NCBI RefSeq assembly: GCF_009914755.1
Contig: NC_060933.1
Direction: 5' to 3' (one strand)
Source: the human T2T-CHM13v2.0 reference genome, Homo sapiens
Length of the DNA: 64,000 bases
Position 1 is the first letter of the stretch, and each line of letters opens with the position of its first letter. The notes below the pieces were generated by a model, which saw only the letters and a program-made list of their open reading frames with translations, was not told where the DNA came from and ran no database searches. Positions 1-14,289 of the stretch are shown one piece after another. Made by a program: the position numbers and the translations under genes.

Positions 1-1159
1 CCATTCCCCTGCACTCGGGTTGATTCCATTCCATTCCATTCCATTCCATTCCATTCCATTCCATTCCATTCCATTTCGTTCCATTCCATTCTATTCCGTA
101 CCATTCCATTCCATTCCATTCCATTCCATTCCATTCCATTCCATTTCCTTCCATTCCATTCCATTCCATTCCATTCCATTCCATTCCATTCCATTCTATT
201 AGGGTTAATTCCATTCCATTCCATTCCATTCCATTCCATGCCATTCCACTCGGGTTGATTCCATTCCTTTCCATTCCATTCAAGTTGAATCCATTCCATT
301 CCATTCCATTCCATTCCATTCCATTTCACACGGGTTCATTTCATTCCATTCCATTCCATTCCATTTCGTTCCATTCCATTCTATTCCATACCATTCCATT
401 CCATTCCATTCCATTAGACTCCATTCCATGCCATTCCACTCGGTTTTATTCCATTCGTTTCCATTCCATTCGGGTTGAATCCATTGCATTCCATTCCATT
501 CGATTCCATTACATTGCACTCGTGTTGTTTCCATTCCATTCCATTCCATTCCATTCCATTCCATTCCATTCCATGCCATTCCACTAGGTTTGATTTCATT
601 CCATTCCGTTCCATTCGAGTCGAACCCATTCCATTCCATTCCATTCCATTCCATTCCATTCCAATCCATTGCACACGGGTTCATTCCATTCCATTCCATT
701 CCATTCCATTCCATTCCATTCCATTCCATTCCATTTCGTTCCATTCCATTCTATTCGGTACCATTCCATTCTATTCCATTCGGTACCATTCCATTCCATT
801 CCATTCCAATCCATTCCATTCCATGCCATTCCACTTGGGTTGATTCCCTTCCTTTCCATTCCATTCGGGTTGAATCCATTCCATTCCATTCCATTCCATT
901 CCATTCCATTCCATTCCATTCCATTCCATTTCTTTCAATTCCATTGCACACGGGTTGGTTCCATTCCATTCCTTTCCGTTCCATTCCGGATGACTCCATT
1001 CCATTGCATTCCATTCCATTCCATTCCCCTGCACTCGGGTTCATTACCTTCCATTCCATTTACTTCCATTCCATTCCATTCCATTCTATTCGGGTTAACT
1101 CCATTCCATTCCGTTCCATTCCATTCCATTCCATTCCATTCCATTCCATTCCATTGCAA

Positions 1160-3740
1160 TCGAGTTGATTCCATTCCATTCCATTCAATTCCGGATGATT
1201 CCATTCCATTGCCTTCAATTCCATTCCATTCCCCTGCACTCGGGTTGATTCCATTCCATTCCATTCCATTCCATTCCATTCCATTCCATTCCATTCCATT
1301 TCATTCCATTCCATTTCGTTCCTTTCCATTCTATTCCGTACCATTCCATTCCATTCCATTCCATTCCATTCCATTCCATGCCATTCCACTCGGGTTGATT
1401 CCATTCCTTTCCATTCCATTCGAGTTGAATCCATTCCAATCCATTCCATTCCATTCGATTCCATTCCATTGCACACGGGTTCATTCCATTCCATTCCATT
1501 CCATTCCATTCCATTCCATTCCATTCCATTTCGTTCCATTCCATTCTATTCCGTACCATTCCATTCCATTCCATTCCATTCCATTCCACTCCACTCCATG
1601 CCATTCCACTCGGGTTTATTCCATTCCTTTCCATTCCATTCGGGTTGAATCCATTCCATTCCATTCCATTCCATTCGATTCCATTACATTGCACTCGGGT
1701 TGATTCCATTCCATTCCATTCCATTCCATTCCACTCCATTCCATGCCATTCCACGCGGGTTTATTCCATTCCTTTCCATTCCATTCGTGTTGAATCCATT
1801 CCATTCCATTCCATTCCATTCCATTCCATTACACTGCACTCAGGTTGATTCCATTCCATTCCATTCCATTCCATTTCATTCCATTCCATTCCATTCCATT
1901 CCATTCCATTCCATTCCATTCCATGCCATTCCACTCGTTTTGATTCCATTCCTTTGCATTCCATTAGTGTTGAACCAATTCCATTCCATTCCATTCCATT
2001 GCACACGGGTTCATTCCATTCCATTCCATTCCATTCCATTGCATTCCGTTCCATTCCATTCCATTCCATTCCATTCCATTTCATTCCGTTCCATTCTATT
2101 CTGTACCATTCCATTCCATTCCATTCCACTCCATTCCATGCCATTCCACTCGGGTTTTTTCCATTCCTTTTCATTCCATTTGGGTTGAATCCATTCCATT
2201 CCATTCCATTCCTTTCAATTCCATTATATTGCACACGGGTTGATTCCATTCCATTCCATTCCGTTCCATTCAGGATGACTCCATTCCATTGCATTCCATT
2301 CCATTCCATTCCCCTGCACTCGGGTTCATTACATTCCATTCCATTCCCATCCACTCCATTCCATTCCATTCCATTCCATTTCAATCGAGTTGATTCCATT
2401 CCATTCCATTCCATTCCATTCAATTCCGGATGATTCCATTCCATTGCCTTCCATTCCACTCCATTCCCCTGCACTCGGGTTGATTCCATTCCATTCCATT
2501 CCATTCCATTCCATTCCATTCCATTCCATTCCATTTCGTTCCTTTCCATTCTATTCCGTACCATTCCATTCCATTCCATTCCATTCCATTCCATTCCATG
2601 CCATTCCACTCGGGTTGATTCCATTCCTTTCCATTCCATTCGAGTTGAATCCATTCCAATCCATTCCATTCCATTCGATTCCATTCCATTGCACACGGGT
2701 TCATTCCATTCCATTCCATTCCATTCCATTCCATTCCATTCCATTCCATTTCGTTCCATTCCATTCTATTCCGTACCATTCCATTCCATTCCATTCCATT
2801 CCATTCCACTCCACTCCATGCCATTCCACTCGGGTTTATTCCATTCCTTTCCATTCCATTCGGGTTGAATCCATTCCATTCCATTCCATTCCATTCGATT
2901 CCATTACATTGCACTCGGGTTGATTCCATTCCATTCCATTCCATTCCATTCCACTCCATTCCATGCCATTCCACGCGGGTTTATTCCATTCCTTTCCATT
3001 CCATTCGTGTTGAATCCATTCCATTCCATTCCATTCCATTCCATTCCATTACACTGCACTCAGGTTGATTCCATTCCATTCCATTCCATTCCATTTCATT
3101 CCATTCCATTCCATTCCATTCCATTCCATTCCATTCCATGCCATTCCACTCGTTTTGATTCCATTCCTTTGCATTCCATTAGTGTTGAACCAATTCCATT
3201 CCATTCCATTCCATTGCACACGGGTTCATTCCATTCCATTCCATTCCATTCCATTGCATTGCGTTCCATTCCATTCCATTCCATTCCATTCCATTCCATT
3301 TCATTCCGTTCCATTCTATTCTGTACCATTCCATTCCATTCCATTCCACTCCATTCCATGCCATTCCACTCGGGTTTATTCCATTCCTTTTCATTCCATT
3401 TGGGTTGAATCCATTCCATTCCATTCCATTCCTTTCAATTCCATTATATTGCACACGGGTTGATTCCATTCCATTCCATTCCGTTCCATTCAGGATGACT
3501 CCATTCCATTGCATTCCATTCCATTCCATTCCCCTGCACTCGGGTTCATTACATTCCATTCCATTCCCATCCACTCCATTCCATTCCATTCCATTCCATT
3601 TCAATCGAGTTGATTCCATTCCATTCCATTCCATTCCATTCAATTCCGGATGATTCCATTCCATTGCCTTCCATTCCACTCCATTCCCCTGCACTCGGGT
3701 TGATTCCATTCCATTCCATTCCATTCCATTCCATTTCGTT
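1160..3740 (+). repeat. ~1220 bp tandem duplication (~2.1 copies); also present at ~11170-13745 (offset 1225)
   Basis: Private motifs ccacgcgggttta, acactgcactcagg, cgttttgatt, ccattagtgttgaaccaatt and cccatccactcc each occur twice. ORFs 1616/2836 and 1645/2865 are identical. Confidence 0.93.
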
Positions 3741-6700
3741 CCATTCCACTCTATTCCGTACCATTCCATTCCATTCCTTTCCATTCCAATCCATGCTATT
3801 CCACTCGGGTTGATTCCATTCCTTTCCATTCCATTCGAGTTGAATCCATTCCATTCCATTCCATTCCATTCGATTGCATTCCATTGCACACGGGTTCATT
3901 CTATTCCATTCCATTCCATTCCATTCCATTCCATTTAGTTCCATTCCATTCTATTCCTTACCATTCCATTCCATTCCATTCCATTCCACTCCATTCCATG
4001 CTATTCCTCTCGGGTTTATTCCATTCCTTTCCATTCCATTCGGATTGAATCCATTCCTATCCATTCAATTCCATTCCACTCGATTCCATTACATTGCACT
4101 CGTGTTGTTTCCATTCCATTCCATTCCATTCCATTTCATTCTATTCCATTCCTTTCCATTCCATTCCATTCCATTCCATTCCATGCCATTCCACTCGGGT
4201 TGATTCCATTCCTTTCCATTCCATTCGAGTTGAAACCATTCCATTCCATTCCATTCCATTCCATTCCATTCCATTCCAATCCATTGCACACGGGTCCATT
4301 CCATTCCATTCCATTCCATTCCATTCCATTCCATTTCGTTCCATTCCATTCTATTCCGTACCATTCCATTCCATTCCATTCCATTCCTTTCCATTCCATT
4401 CGGGTTGAATCCATTCCTTTCCATTCCATTCCGTTCAATTCCATTCCATTGAACTCGGGTTGATTCCATTCCATTCCATGCCATTCCATTTCATTCCGTT
4501 CCATTCCATTCCATTACATTCGGATTGATTCTTTTCAATTCCTTTACACTCCATTACATTCCATTCCATTCGGGTAGTTTCCGTTCCATTCCATTCCATT
4601 CCACTCCATTGCATTGCACTCGGGTTGATTGATTCCATTCCATTGCATTCCATTCCATTCCATTCCATTCCGGATGAATCCATTCCATTGCATTCCATTC
4701 CATTCCATTCCCCTGCACTCGGGTTGATTCCATTACATTCCATTCCGTTCCATTCCATTCCATTCCATTCCATTCTGTTCAGGTTAATTCCATTCCATTC
4801 CATTCCATTCCATTCCATTCCATTCCATTCCATTCCATTGCAATCGAGTTGTTTCCATTGCATTCCATTCCATTCCATTCCATTGCATTCCATTGCATTC
4901 CATTCCCCTGCACTCAGGTTGATTCCATTCCATTCCATTCCATTCCATTCCATTCCATTCCATTCCGGATGATTCCATTCCATTGCCTTCCATTCCACTC
5001 CATTCCCCTGCACTCCGGTTGATTCCATTCCATTCCATTCCATTCCATTCCATTCCATTCCATTCCATTCCATTCCATTCCATTTCGTTCCATTCCACTC
5101 TATTCCGTACCATTCCATTCCATTCCTTTCCATTCCAATCCATGCTATTCCACTCGGGTTGATTCCATTCCTTTCCATTCCATTCGAGTTGAATCCATTC
5201 CATTCCTTTCCGTTCCATTCCATTCCATTCCATTCCATTCCGTTCCGTTCCGTTCCATTCCATTCCTTTCCATTCTATTTGGGTTAATTCCATTCTATTC
5301 CATTCGATTGCAATCGAGTTGATTCTATTCCATTCCATTCCATTCCATTCCATTCCATTCCTTTCCATTCCATTACGGATGATTCCATTCCATTGCATTC
5401 CATTCCATTCCATTCCCCTGTACTCGGGTTGACTCCATTCCATTCCATTCCAATCCATGCCATTCCACTCGTGTTGATTCCATTCTTTCCATTCCATTCA
5501 AGTTGAATCCATTCCATTGCATTCCATTCCATTCCATTCCCCTGCAGTCTGGTTGATTCCATTCCATTCCATTCCATTCCATTCCATTCCATTCCATTCC
5601 ATTCCGTTCCGTTCCTTTCCATTCAATTCCATTCCATTCTATTCGGGTTAATTCCATTCCATTCCATTCCATTCCATTCCATTCCATTCCATTCCATTCC
5701 AATCGAGTTGATTCCATTCCATTCCATTCCATTCCATTCCACTCCATTCCAGTCCTTTCCATTCCATTCCACTCGGGTTGATTCCAATGTATTCCTTTCC
5801 ATTCCATTCCATTCCATTGCAATCGAGTTGATTCCATTGCTTTGCATTCCATTCCATTCCATTCCATTCCGGATGACTCCATTCCATTGCATTCCATTCC
5901 ATTGCATTCCCCTGCACTCGGGTTGATTCCATTCCATTCCACTCCATTCGGTTGCATTCCATTCCATTCCATTGTATTCGGGTTAATTCCATTCCATTCC
6001 ATTCCATTCCATTCCATTCCATTCCATTACAATCGAGTTGATTCCATTCCATTCCATTCCATTCCATTCCAGTCCTTTCCATTCCATTCCACTCGGGTTG
6101 ATTCCATTCTATTAGTTTCCATTCCATTCCATTCCCTTCCATTCCACTCTGGTTGATTCCATTCCTTTCCATTCCACTCGAATACATTCCCTCCTATTCC
6201 ACTTGGAACGATTCCATTCCATTCCATTCCATTCCATTCCATTCCATTCCATTCCATTTCCTTCCATTCCATTCTATTCCGTACCATTCCATTCCATTCC
6301 ATTCCATTCTATTTGGGTTAATTCCATTGCATTCCATTCGATTGCAATCGAGTTGATTCCATTCCATTCCATTCCATTCCATTCCATTCCATTCCATTCC
6401 ATTCCATTCCTTTCCATTACATTACGGATGATTCCATTCCATTGCATTCCATTCCATTCCATTCCCCTGTACTCGGGTTGATTCCATTCCATTCCATTCC
6501 AATCCATGCCATTCCATTCGTATTGATTCCATTCTTTCCATTCCATTCAAGTTGAATCCATTCCATTGCATTCCATTACTTTCGATTCCATTCGATTGCA
6601 CTCGGGTTGATTCCATTCCATTGTATTCCATTCCATTCCATTCCATTCCATTCCGTTCCATTCCATTCCATTACATTCGGATTGATTCTATTCAATTCCC

Positions 6701-6974
6701 TTACACTCCATTTCATTCCATTCCATTCGGGTAGTTTCCATTCCATTCCTCTCCATTCCATTGCACTCGGGTTGATTCCATTCCATTGCATTCCATTCCA
6801 TACCATTCAATTCCATTCCGTTCCATTCCATTCCATTACATTCGGATTGATTCTATTCAACTCCCTTACTCTCCATTACATTCGATTCTATTCGGGTTGT
6901 TCCATTCCCTTCCATTCCATTCCATTCCACTCCATTCCATTGCACTCGGGTTGATTCCATTCCATTCCATTCCA

Positions 6975-6987
6975 TTCCAGAAGATTC
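6975..6987. promoter_or_regulatory. Perfect three-unit HSE match TTCcaGAAgaTTC; function untested
   Basis: Sequence ttccagaagattcc fits nTTCnnGAAnnTTCn. Confidence 0.4.
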
Positions 6988-8859
6988 CATTCCATTGCAT
7001 TCCATTACATTCCATTCCCCTGCACTCGCTTTGATTCCATTCCATTCCATTCCATTCCATTGCATTCCATTGCATTCCATTGCATTCCATTCCCCTGCAC
7101 TCAGGTTGATTCCATTCCATTCCATTCCATTCCATTCCATTCCATTCCATTCCATTCCATTCTATTCGCGTTAATTCCATTCCACTCCATTCCATTACAT
7201 TCCATTGCAATCGACTTGATTCCATTCCATTCCATTCCATTCCATTCAAATCCTTTCCATTCCATTCCACTCGTGTTGATTCCATTTTATTAGTTTCCAT
7301 TCCATTCCATTCCCTTCCATTCCACTCTGGTTGATTCCATTCCTTTCCATTCCACTCGAATTCATTCCCTTCTATTCCACTCGGAATGATTCCATTCCAT
7401 TCCGTTCCATTCCATTCCATTCCATTCCATTTCGTTCCATTCCATTTTATTCCGTACCATTCCATTCCATTCCATTCCATTCCATTACATTCCATTCCAT
7501 TCCATTCCATGCCATTCCACTCGGGTTGATTCCATTGCTTTCCATTCCATTTGGGTTGAATCCATTCCATTCCATTCCATTCCATTCCATTAAATTCCAT
7601 TCCATTCCATTCAATTGCACTAGGTTTGATTCCATTCCACTGCATTCCATTCCATTCCATTCCATTCCATTCCATTCCGTTGCACTCGGGTTCATTCCAT
7701 TCCATTCCATTTACTTCCATTCCATTCCATTCCATTCCATTCCATTCCATGCCATTCCACTCGCGTTGATTCCATTCCCTTCCATTCCATTAGAGTTGAA
7801 TCCATTCCATTCCATTCCATTCCATTCCATTCCATTGCACACGGGTTCATTCCATTCCATTCCATTCCATTCCCTTATATTCCATTTCGTTACATTCCAT
7901 TCTATTCCGTACCATTCCATTCCATTCCATTCCATTCCATTCCACTCCATTCCATGCCATTCCACTCGGGTATATTCCATTCCTTTTAATTCCATTCGGG
8001 TTGAATCCATTCCATTCCATTCCATTCCATTCTATTCCATTACATTGCACTCGGGTTGATTCCATTCCATTCCATTCCATTCCATTTCATTCCATTCCAT
8101 TCCATTCCATTTCATTCTATTCCATTCCATTCCATGCCATTCCACTCGTGTTGATTCCATTCCTTTCCATTCCATTACATTTCATTCCATTCCATTCCAT
8201 TCCATTTCATTCAATTCCATTCCATTCCATGCCATTCCACTCGTGTTGATTCCATTCCTTTCCATTCCATTCGAGTTGAACCCATTCCATTCCATTCCAT
8301 TCCATTCCATTCCATTCCGTTCCATTCCATTGCACGCGGGTTCATTCCATTCCATTCCGTTCCATTCCATTCCATTCCATTCCATTCCATTCCATTACAT
8401 TCCATTTCGTTCCATTCCATTCTATTCCATACGATTCCATTGCATTCCATTCCATTCCATTCCTTTCCATTCCATTGAAATCGAGTTGATTCCATTCCAT
8501 TCTGTTCCATTCCATTCCATTCCATTCCATTCCGGATGATTCCATTCCACTGCATTTCATTCCATTAAATTCCCCTGCACTTGGGGTGATTCCTTTCCAT
8601 TCCATTCCATTCCATTCCATTCCATTCCATTCCATTCCATTTCATTGCAATCGAGTTGATTCCATTGCATTCCATTCCATTCCATTCCAGTCCTTTCCAT
8701 TCCATTCCACTCGGGTTGATTCCATTCTATTCCTTTCCATTCCATTCGATTCCATTCCATTCCACTCTGGTTGATACCATTCCTTTTCATTCCACTCGAA
8801 AACATTCCCTTCTATTCCACTCGGAATGATTCCATTCCATTCCATTCCATTCCATTCCG

Positions 8860-10300
8860 TTTCGTTCCATTACATTCTATTCCGTACCATTCCACTCCAT
8901 TCCATTCCATTCCATTCCATGCCATTCCTCTCGGGTTGATTCCATTCCTTTCCATTCCATTCGGGTTGAATGCATTCCATTCCATTCCTTTCCATTCCAT
9001 TCCATTCCATTGCACTCGGGTTGATTCCATTCCATTCCATTCCGTTCCATTCCGGATGACTCCATTCCATTGCATTCCATTCCATTCCATTCCCCTGCAC
9101 TCGGTTTCATTACATTCCATTCCATTCACTTCCATTCCATTCCATTCCATTCCATTCCATTCCATTCCATTTCAATCGAGTTGATTCCATTCCATTCCAT
9201 TCCATTACATTCAATTCCGAATGATTTCATTCCATTGCCTTCCATTCCATTCCATTCCCCTGCACTCGGGTTGATTTCATTCCATTCCATTCCATTCCAT
9301 TCCATTCCATTCCATTTCGTTCCATTCCATTCTATTCCGTACCATTCCATTCCATTCCATTCCATTCCATTCCATTCCATTTCCTTCCATTCCATTCCAT
9401 TCCATTCCATTCCATTCAATTCCATTTCCTTCCATTCCATTCCATTCCATTCCATTCCATTCCATTCCATTCCATTCTATTAGGGTTAATTCCATTCCAT
9501 TCCATTCCATTCCATTCCATTCCATGCCATTCCACTCGGGTTAATTCCATTCCTTTCCATTCCATTCGAGTTGAATCCATTCCATTCCATTTCGTTCCAT
9601 TACATTCTATTCTGTACCATTCCACTCCATTCCATTCCATTCCATTCCATGCCATTCCTCTCGGGTTGATTCCATTCCTTTCCATTCCATTCGGGTTGAG
9701 TCCATTCCATTCCATTCCTTTCCATTCCATTCCATTCCATTGCACTCGGGTTGATTCCATTCCATTCCATTCCGTTCCATTCCGGATGACTCCATTCCAT
9801 TGCATTCCATTCCATTCCATTCCCCTGCACTCGGTTTCATTACATTCCATTCCATTCACTTCCATTCCATTCCATTCCATTCCATTCCATTCCATTCCAT
9901 TCCATTCCATTTCAATCGAGTTGATTCCATTCCATTCCATTCCATTCCATTCAATTCCGAATGATGTCATTCCATTGCCTTCCATTCCATTCCATTCCCC
10001 TGCACTCGGGTTGATTCCATTCCATTCCATTCCATTCCATTCCATTCCATTCCATTCCATTCCATTCCATTTCGTTCCATTCCATTCTATTCCGTACCAT
10101 TCCATTCCATTCCATTCCATTCCATTCCATTCCATTCCATTCCATTTCCTTCCATTCCATTCCATTCCATTCCATTCCATTCCATTCCATTCCATTCTAT
10201 TAGGGTTAATTCCATTCCATTCCATTCCATTCCATTCCATGCCATTCCACTCGGGTTGATTCCATTCCTTTCCATTCCATTCAAGTTGAATCCATTCCAT
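8860..10300 (+). repeat. ~730 bp tandem duplication
   Basis: cattcctctcggg, gcactcggtttcattac, cattcacttcc and caattccgaatgat repeat at +730. ORFs 8870/9600 and 8877/9607 match. Confidence 0.9.
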
Positions 10301-13300
10301 TCCATTCCATTCCATTCCATTCCATTTCACACGGGTTCATTTCATTCCATTCCATTCCATTCCATTTCGTTCCATTCCATTCTATTCCATACCATTCCAT
10401 TCCATTCCATTCCATTAGACTCCATTCCATGCCATTCCACTCGGTTTTATTCCATTCGTTTCCATTCCATTCGGGTTGAATCCATTGCATTCCATTCCAT
10501 TCGATTCCATTACATTGCACTCGTGTTGTTTCCATTCCATTCCATTCCATTCCATTCCATTCCATTCCATGCCATTCCACTAGGTTTGATTTCATTCCAT
10601 TCCGTTCCATTCGAGTCGAACCCATTCCATTCCATTCCATTCCATTCCATTCCATTCCAATCCATTGCACACGGGTTCATTCCATTCCATTCCATTCCAT
10701 TCCATTCCATTCCATTCCATTCCATTCCATTCCATTCCATTTCGTTCCATTCCATTCTATTCGGTACCATTCCATTCTATTCCATTCGGTACCATTCCAT
10801 TCCATTCCATTCCAATCCATTCCATTCCATGCCATTCCACTTGGGTTGATTCCCTTCCTTTCCATTCCATTCGGGTTGAATCCATTCCATTCCATTCCAT
10901 TCCATTCCATTCCATTCCATTCCATTCCATTCCATTCCATTTCTTTCAATTCCATTGCACACGGGTTGGTTCCATTCCATTCCTTTCCGTTCCATTCCGG
11001 ATGACTCCATTCCATTGCATTCCATTCCATTCCATTCCCCTGCACTCGGGTTCATTACCTTCCATTCCATTTACTTCCATTCCATTCCATTCCATTCTAT
11101 TCGGGTTAATTCCATTCCATTCCGTTCCATTCCATTCCATTCCATTCCATTCCATTCCATTCCATTGCAATCGAGTTGATTCCATTCCATTCCATTCAAT
11201 TCCGGATGATTCCATTCCATTGCCTTCAATTCCATTCCATTCCCCTGCACTCGGGTTGATTCCATTCCATTCCATTCCATTCCATTCCATTCCATTCCAT
11301 TCCATTCCATTTCATTCCATTCCATTTCGTTCCTTTCCATTCTATTCCGTACCATTCCATTCCATTCCATTCCATTCCATTCCATTCCATGCCATTCCAC
11401 TCGGGTTGATTCCATTCCTTTCCATTCCATTCGAGTTGAATCCATTCCAATCCATTCCATTCCATTCGATTCCATTCCATTGCACACGGGTTCATTCCAT
11501 TCCATTCCATTCCATTCCATTCCATTCCATTCCATTCCATTTCGTTCCATTCCATTCTATTCCGTACCATTCCATTCCATTCCATTCCATTCCATTCCAC
11601 TCCACTCCATGCCATTCCACTCGGGTTTATTCCATTCCTTTCCATTCCATTCGGGTTGAATCCATTCCATTCCATTCCATTCCATTCGATTCCATTACAT
11701 TGCACTCGGGTTGATTCCATTCCATTCCATTCCATTCCATTCCACTCCATTCCATGCCATTCCACGCGGGTTTATTCCATTCCTTTCCATTCCATTCGTG
11801 TTGAATCCATTCCATTCCATTCCATTCCATTCCATTCCATTACACTGCACTCAGGTTGATTCCATTCCATTCCATTCCATTCCATTTCATTCCATTCCAT
11901 TCCATTCCATTCCATTCCATTCCATTCCATTCCATGCCATTCCACTCGTTTTGATTCCATTCCTTTGCATTCCATTAGTGTTGAACCAATTCCATTCCAT
12001 TCCATTCCATTGCACACGGGTTCATTCCATTCCATTCCATTCCATTCCATTGCATTCCGTTCCATTCCATTCCATTCCATTCCATTCCATTTCATTCCGT
12101 TCCATTCTATTCTGTACCATTCCATTCCATTCCATTCCACTCCATTCCATGCCATTCCACTCGGGTTTTTTCCATTCCTTTTCATTCCATTTGGGTTGAA
12201 TCCATTCCATTCCATTCCATTCCTTTCAATTCCATTATATTGCACACGGGTTGATTCCATTCCATTCCATTCCGTTCCATTCAGGATGACTCCATTCCAT
12301 TGCATTCCATTCCATTCCATTCCCCTGCACTCGGGTTCATTACATTCCATTCCATTCCCATCCACTCCATTCCATTCCATTCCATTCCATTTCAATCGAG
12401 TTGATTCCATTCCATTCCATTCCATTCCATTCAATTCCGGATGATTCCATTCCATTGCCTTCCATTCCACTCCATTCCCCTGCACTCGGGTTGATTCCAT
12501 TCCATTCCATTCCATTCCATTCCATTCCATTCCATTCCATTCCATTCCATTTCGTTCCTTTCCATTCTATTCCGTACCATTCCATTCCATTCCATTCCAT
12601 TCCATTCCATTCCATGCCATTCCACTCGGGTTGATTCCATTCCTTTCCATTCCATTCGAGTTGAATCCATTCCAATCCATTCCATTCCATTCGATTCCAT
12701 TCCATTGCACACGGGTTCATTCCATTCCGTTCCATTCCATTCCATTCCATTCCATTCCATTCCATTTCGTTCCATTCCATTCTATTCCGTACCATTCCAT
12801 TCCATTCCATTCCATTCCATTCCACTCCACTCCATGCCATTCCACTCGGGTTTATTCCATTCCTTTCCATTCCATTCGGGTTGAATCCATTCCATTCCAT
12901 TCCATTCCATTCGATTCCATTACATTGCACTCGGGTTGATTCCATTCCATTCCATTCCATTCCATTCCACTCCATTCCATGCCATTCCACGCGGGTTTAT
13001 TCCATTCCTTTCCATTCCATTCGTGTTGAATCCATTCCATTCCATTCCATTCCATTCCATTCCATTACACTGCACTCAGGTTGATTCCATTCCATTCCAT
13101 TCCATTCCATTTCATTCCATTCCATTCCATTCCATTCCATTCCATTCCATTCCATGCCATTCCACTCGTTTTGATTCCATTCCTTTGCATTCCATTAGTG
13201 TTGAACCAATTCCATTCCATTCCATTCCATTGCACACGGGTTCATTCCATTCCATTCCATTCCATTCCATTGCATTCCGTTCCATTCCATTCCATTCCAT

Positions 13301-14289
13301 TCCATTCCATTCCATTTCATTCCGTTCCATTCTATTCTGTACCATTCCATTCCATTCCATTCCACTCCATTCCATGCCATTCCACTCGGGTTTATTCCAT
13401 TCCTTTTCATTCCATTTGGGTTGAATCCATTCCATTCCATTCCATTCCTTTCAATTCCATTATATTGCACACGGGTTGATTCCATTCCATTCCATTCCGT
13501 TCCATTCAGGATGACTCCATTCCATTGCATTCCATTCCATTCCATTCCCCTGCACTCGGGTTCATTACATTCCATTCCATTCCCATCCACTCCATTCCAT
13601 TCCATTCCATTCCATTTCAATCGAGTTGATTCCATTCCATTCCATTCCATTCCATTCAATTCCGGATGATTCCATTCCATTGCCTTCCATTCCACTCCAT
13701 TCCCCTGCACTCGGGTTGATTCCATTCCATTCCATTCCATTTCGTTCCATTCCACTCTATTCCGTACCATTCCATTCCATTCCTTTCCATTCCAATCCAT
13801 GCTATTCCACTCGGGTTGATTCCATTCCTTTCCATTCCATTCGAGTTGAATCCATTCCATTCCATTCCATTCCATTCGATTGCATTCCATTGCACACGGG
13901 TTCATTCTATTCCATTCCATTCCATTCCATTCCATTCCATTTAGTTCCATTCCATTCTATTCCTTACCATTCCATTCCATTCCATTCCATTCCACTCCAT
14001 TCCATGCTATTCCTCTCGGGTTTATTCCATTCCTTTCCATTCCATTCGGATTGAATCCATTCCTATCCATTCAATTCCATTCCACTCGATTCCATTACAT
14101 TGCACTCGTGTTGTTTCCATTCCATTCCATTCCATTCCATTTCATTCTATTCCATTCCTTTCCATTCCATTCCATTCCATTCCATTCCATGCCATTCCAC
14201 TCGGGTTGATTCCATTCCTTTCCATTCCATTCGAGTTGAAACCATTCCATTCCATTCCATTCCATTCCATTCCATTCCATTCCAATCCA